Part shown: positions 62,803 to 64,000 of the stretch, piece after piece | Layout of the letters: every line of letters starts with the position of its first letter | Position numbering within the stretch: position 1 is the stretch's first letter | Source: Scyliorhinus canicula | Lineage: Eukaryota | Direction: 5' to 3' | DNA length: 64,000 nucleotides | Assembly (NCBI RefSeq): GCF_902713615.1 | Contig: NC_052154.1 | Location: 176,375,873-176,439,872, forward strand | Notes under the pieces: generated by a model | Told to the model about the DNA's origin: nothing | Databases searched by the model: none | Seen by the model: only the letters and a program-made list of their open reading frames with translations | Translations under genes and position numbers: made by a program

Positions 62803-63686
62803 AAAATACCTGTCAAACTGTTCCCTGGCAAAGATTACCTTCTGTAGGGGAAACGACACAGGTCTGTGCGGCTATCAGGGGATTCGGCGCCAGCCGCATA
62901 AATTGGAAATTCAGAATTGTGCTGCACACAACTTTTTAATGTAACGGTCAGAAAATTGTCAGCAGCAAACATTGAGATTTCAGCTCCACTGCCAGCAGCT
63001 GAGAATGGTACAATTTTCCGAAACTTTATACCTCTTTTGAGAATTGCTGCTCTTTGTGAAAATAGAAGATTTGACCTCTGGCTGTTCTTTCCTTTGTGTT
63101 CTCTTGAGCCGAGAGAAGAGCCTCCTCCAGCCTGAGTGCAGCATGTGTCACAGACAGAATTTATGCGTTTCGTTTTCTGCCTGTGATCAGTATCTCTGCA
63201 TGTGCGATGAGTTTGTTCAATTGCCCTCAGAGTGTGGGGCCGAATTAAATAAGCCCAGCAGCAGGTTTTTGTGAGTTCAAAATAAAGTTTTTTTAAAATC
63301 ACACATTTACCCCATATTTAATGTAATGTTCCGCAAACTCACTCACACACGCTCTCTCACATGCTAAAAGATTATTTACAGATGAAGGTAATAGGTTTTT
63401 AATTATCTCAGCCTCTTTCATGGAAAGCCCAGAGTTGCTGAGATGCAGCTGGTGCTTTAAGGTTGAAGGAACGGCCTGGTAAAGCGAAGGATTCCTCAGC
63501 GGACTGTGAGATTTCTTGCAGTCAAATTTCTCGGAGGTTGGTAAACTTGTACGTGGGAACAGGTTGGGGAATCCTTCTCTTTTTGTTTGTTATGAAGACC
63601 CACTTAAGGTATTTCTGCCTATTTCCTTTGCCGTTTCGAGGAATTGCAGCTCGTTCAACGGTTTTTTGATGGAACTGTCTCTATCT

Positions 63687-63873
63687 GGGGCTGTTTAGCA
63701 CAGGGATAAATCGCTGGCTTTGAAAGCAGACCAAGCAGGCCAGCAGCACGGTTCGATTCCCGTAACAGCCTTCCCGAACAGGCGCCGGAATGTGGCGACT
63801 AGGGGCTTTTCACAGTAACTTCATTGAAGCCCACTCGTGACAATAAGTGATTTTCATTTCATTCTCATTTCAT
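63687..63873 (+). mobile_element. Short SINE family 2, full length
   Basis: GGGGCTGTTTAGCACAGGG head, GGTTCGATTCC B box, third tail, (TTTCA)n end. Confidence 0.85.
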
Positions 63874-64000
63874 CTGTAAATGGAAAAGTTAAAAACAAAC
63901 CAAAAAGGTCTCCCTCATCCTGTAATTTTGAGATCCCGAGCCAACAAACAGAATTTTGCACTCAAACATGACACTTTATGATGCCTATGTGTCGCTTGTG

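Overview
Vertebrate genomic DNA, very probably an elasmobranch (shark), inferred from dense HE1/V-SINE-type tRNA-derived SINEs with CR1 (HER1-like) partner tails. The window is intronic or intergenic and dominated by transposons. I found no intact host protein-coding gene, only three weak candidate exon ends. Main contents: (1) the 3' end of an LTR retrotransposon whose pol ends at RNase H (Gmr1-like domain order), plus a related solo LTR with a 4-bp TSD; (2) a decayed canonical Gypsy element and a second Gypsy LTR family; (3) a TSD-bounded Penelope-like insertion with an open GIY-YIG frame, inverted arms and two minimal hammerhead-ribozyme motifs carrying a U3-A8 compensatory core; (4) two fossil PIF/Harbinger transposase genes (one facing a possible Myb-like ORF) and many GC-rich GGGCGGGATTCTCC-TIR non-autonomous elements with variable 3-bp TSDs; (5) a modular SINE system in which one head carries three different tails with different insertion signatures; (6) many CR1 LINE fragments; (7) a ~3.2-kb tandem duplication whose junction is patched with Gypsy sequence in both orientations; (8) a Tigger-like MITE. 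All family assignments come from reading motifs by eye; no database search was run.
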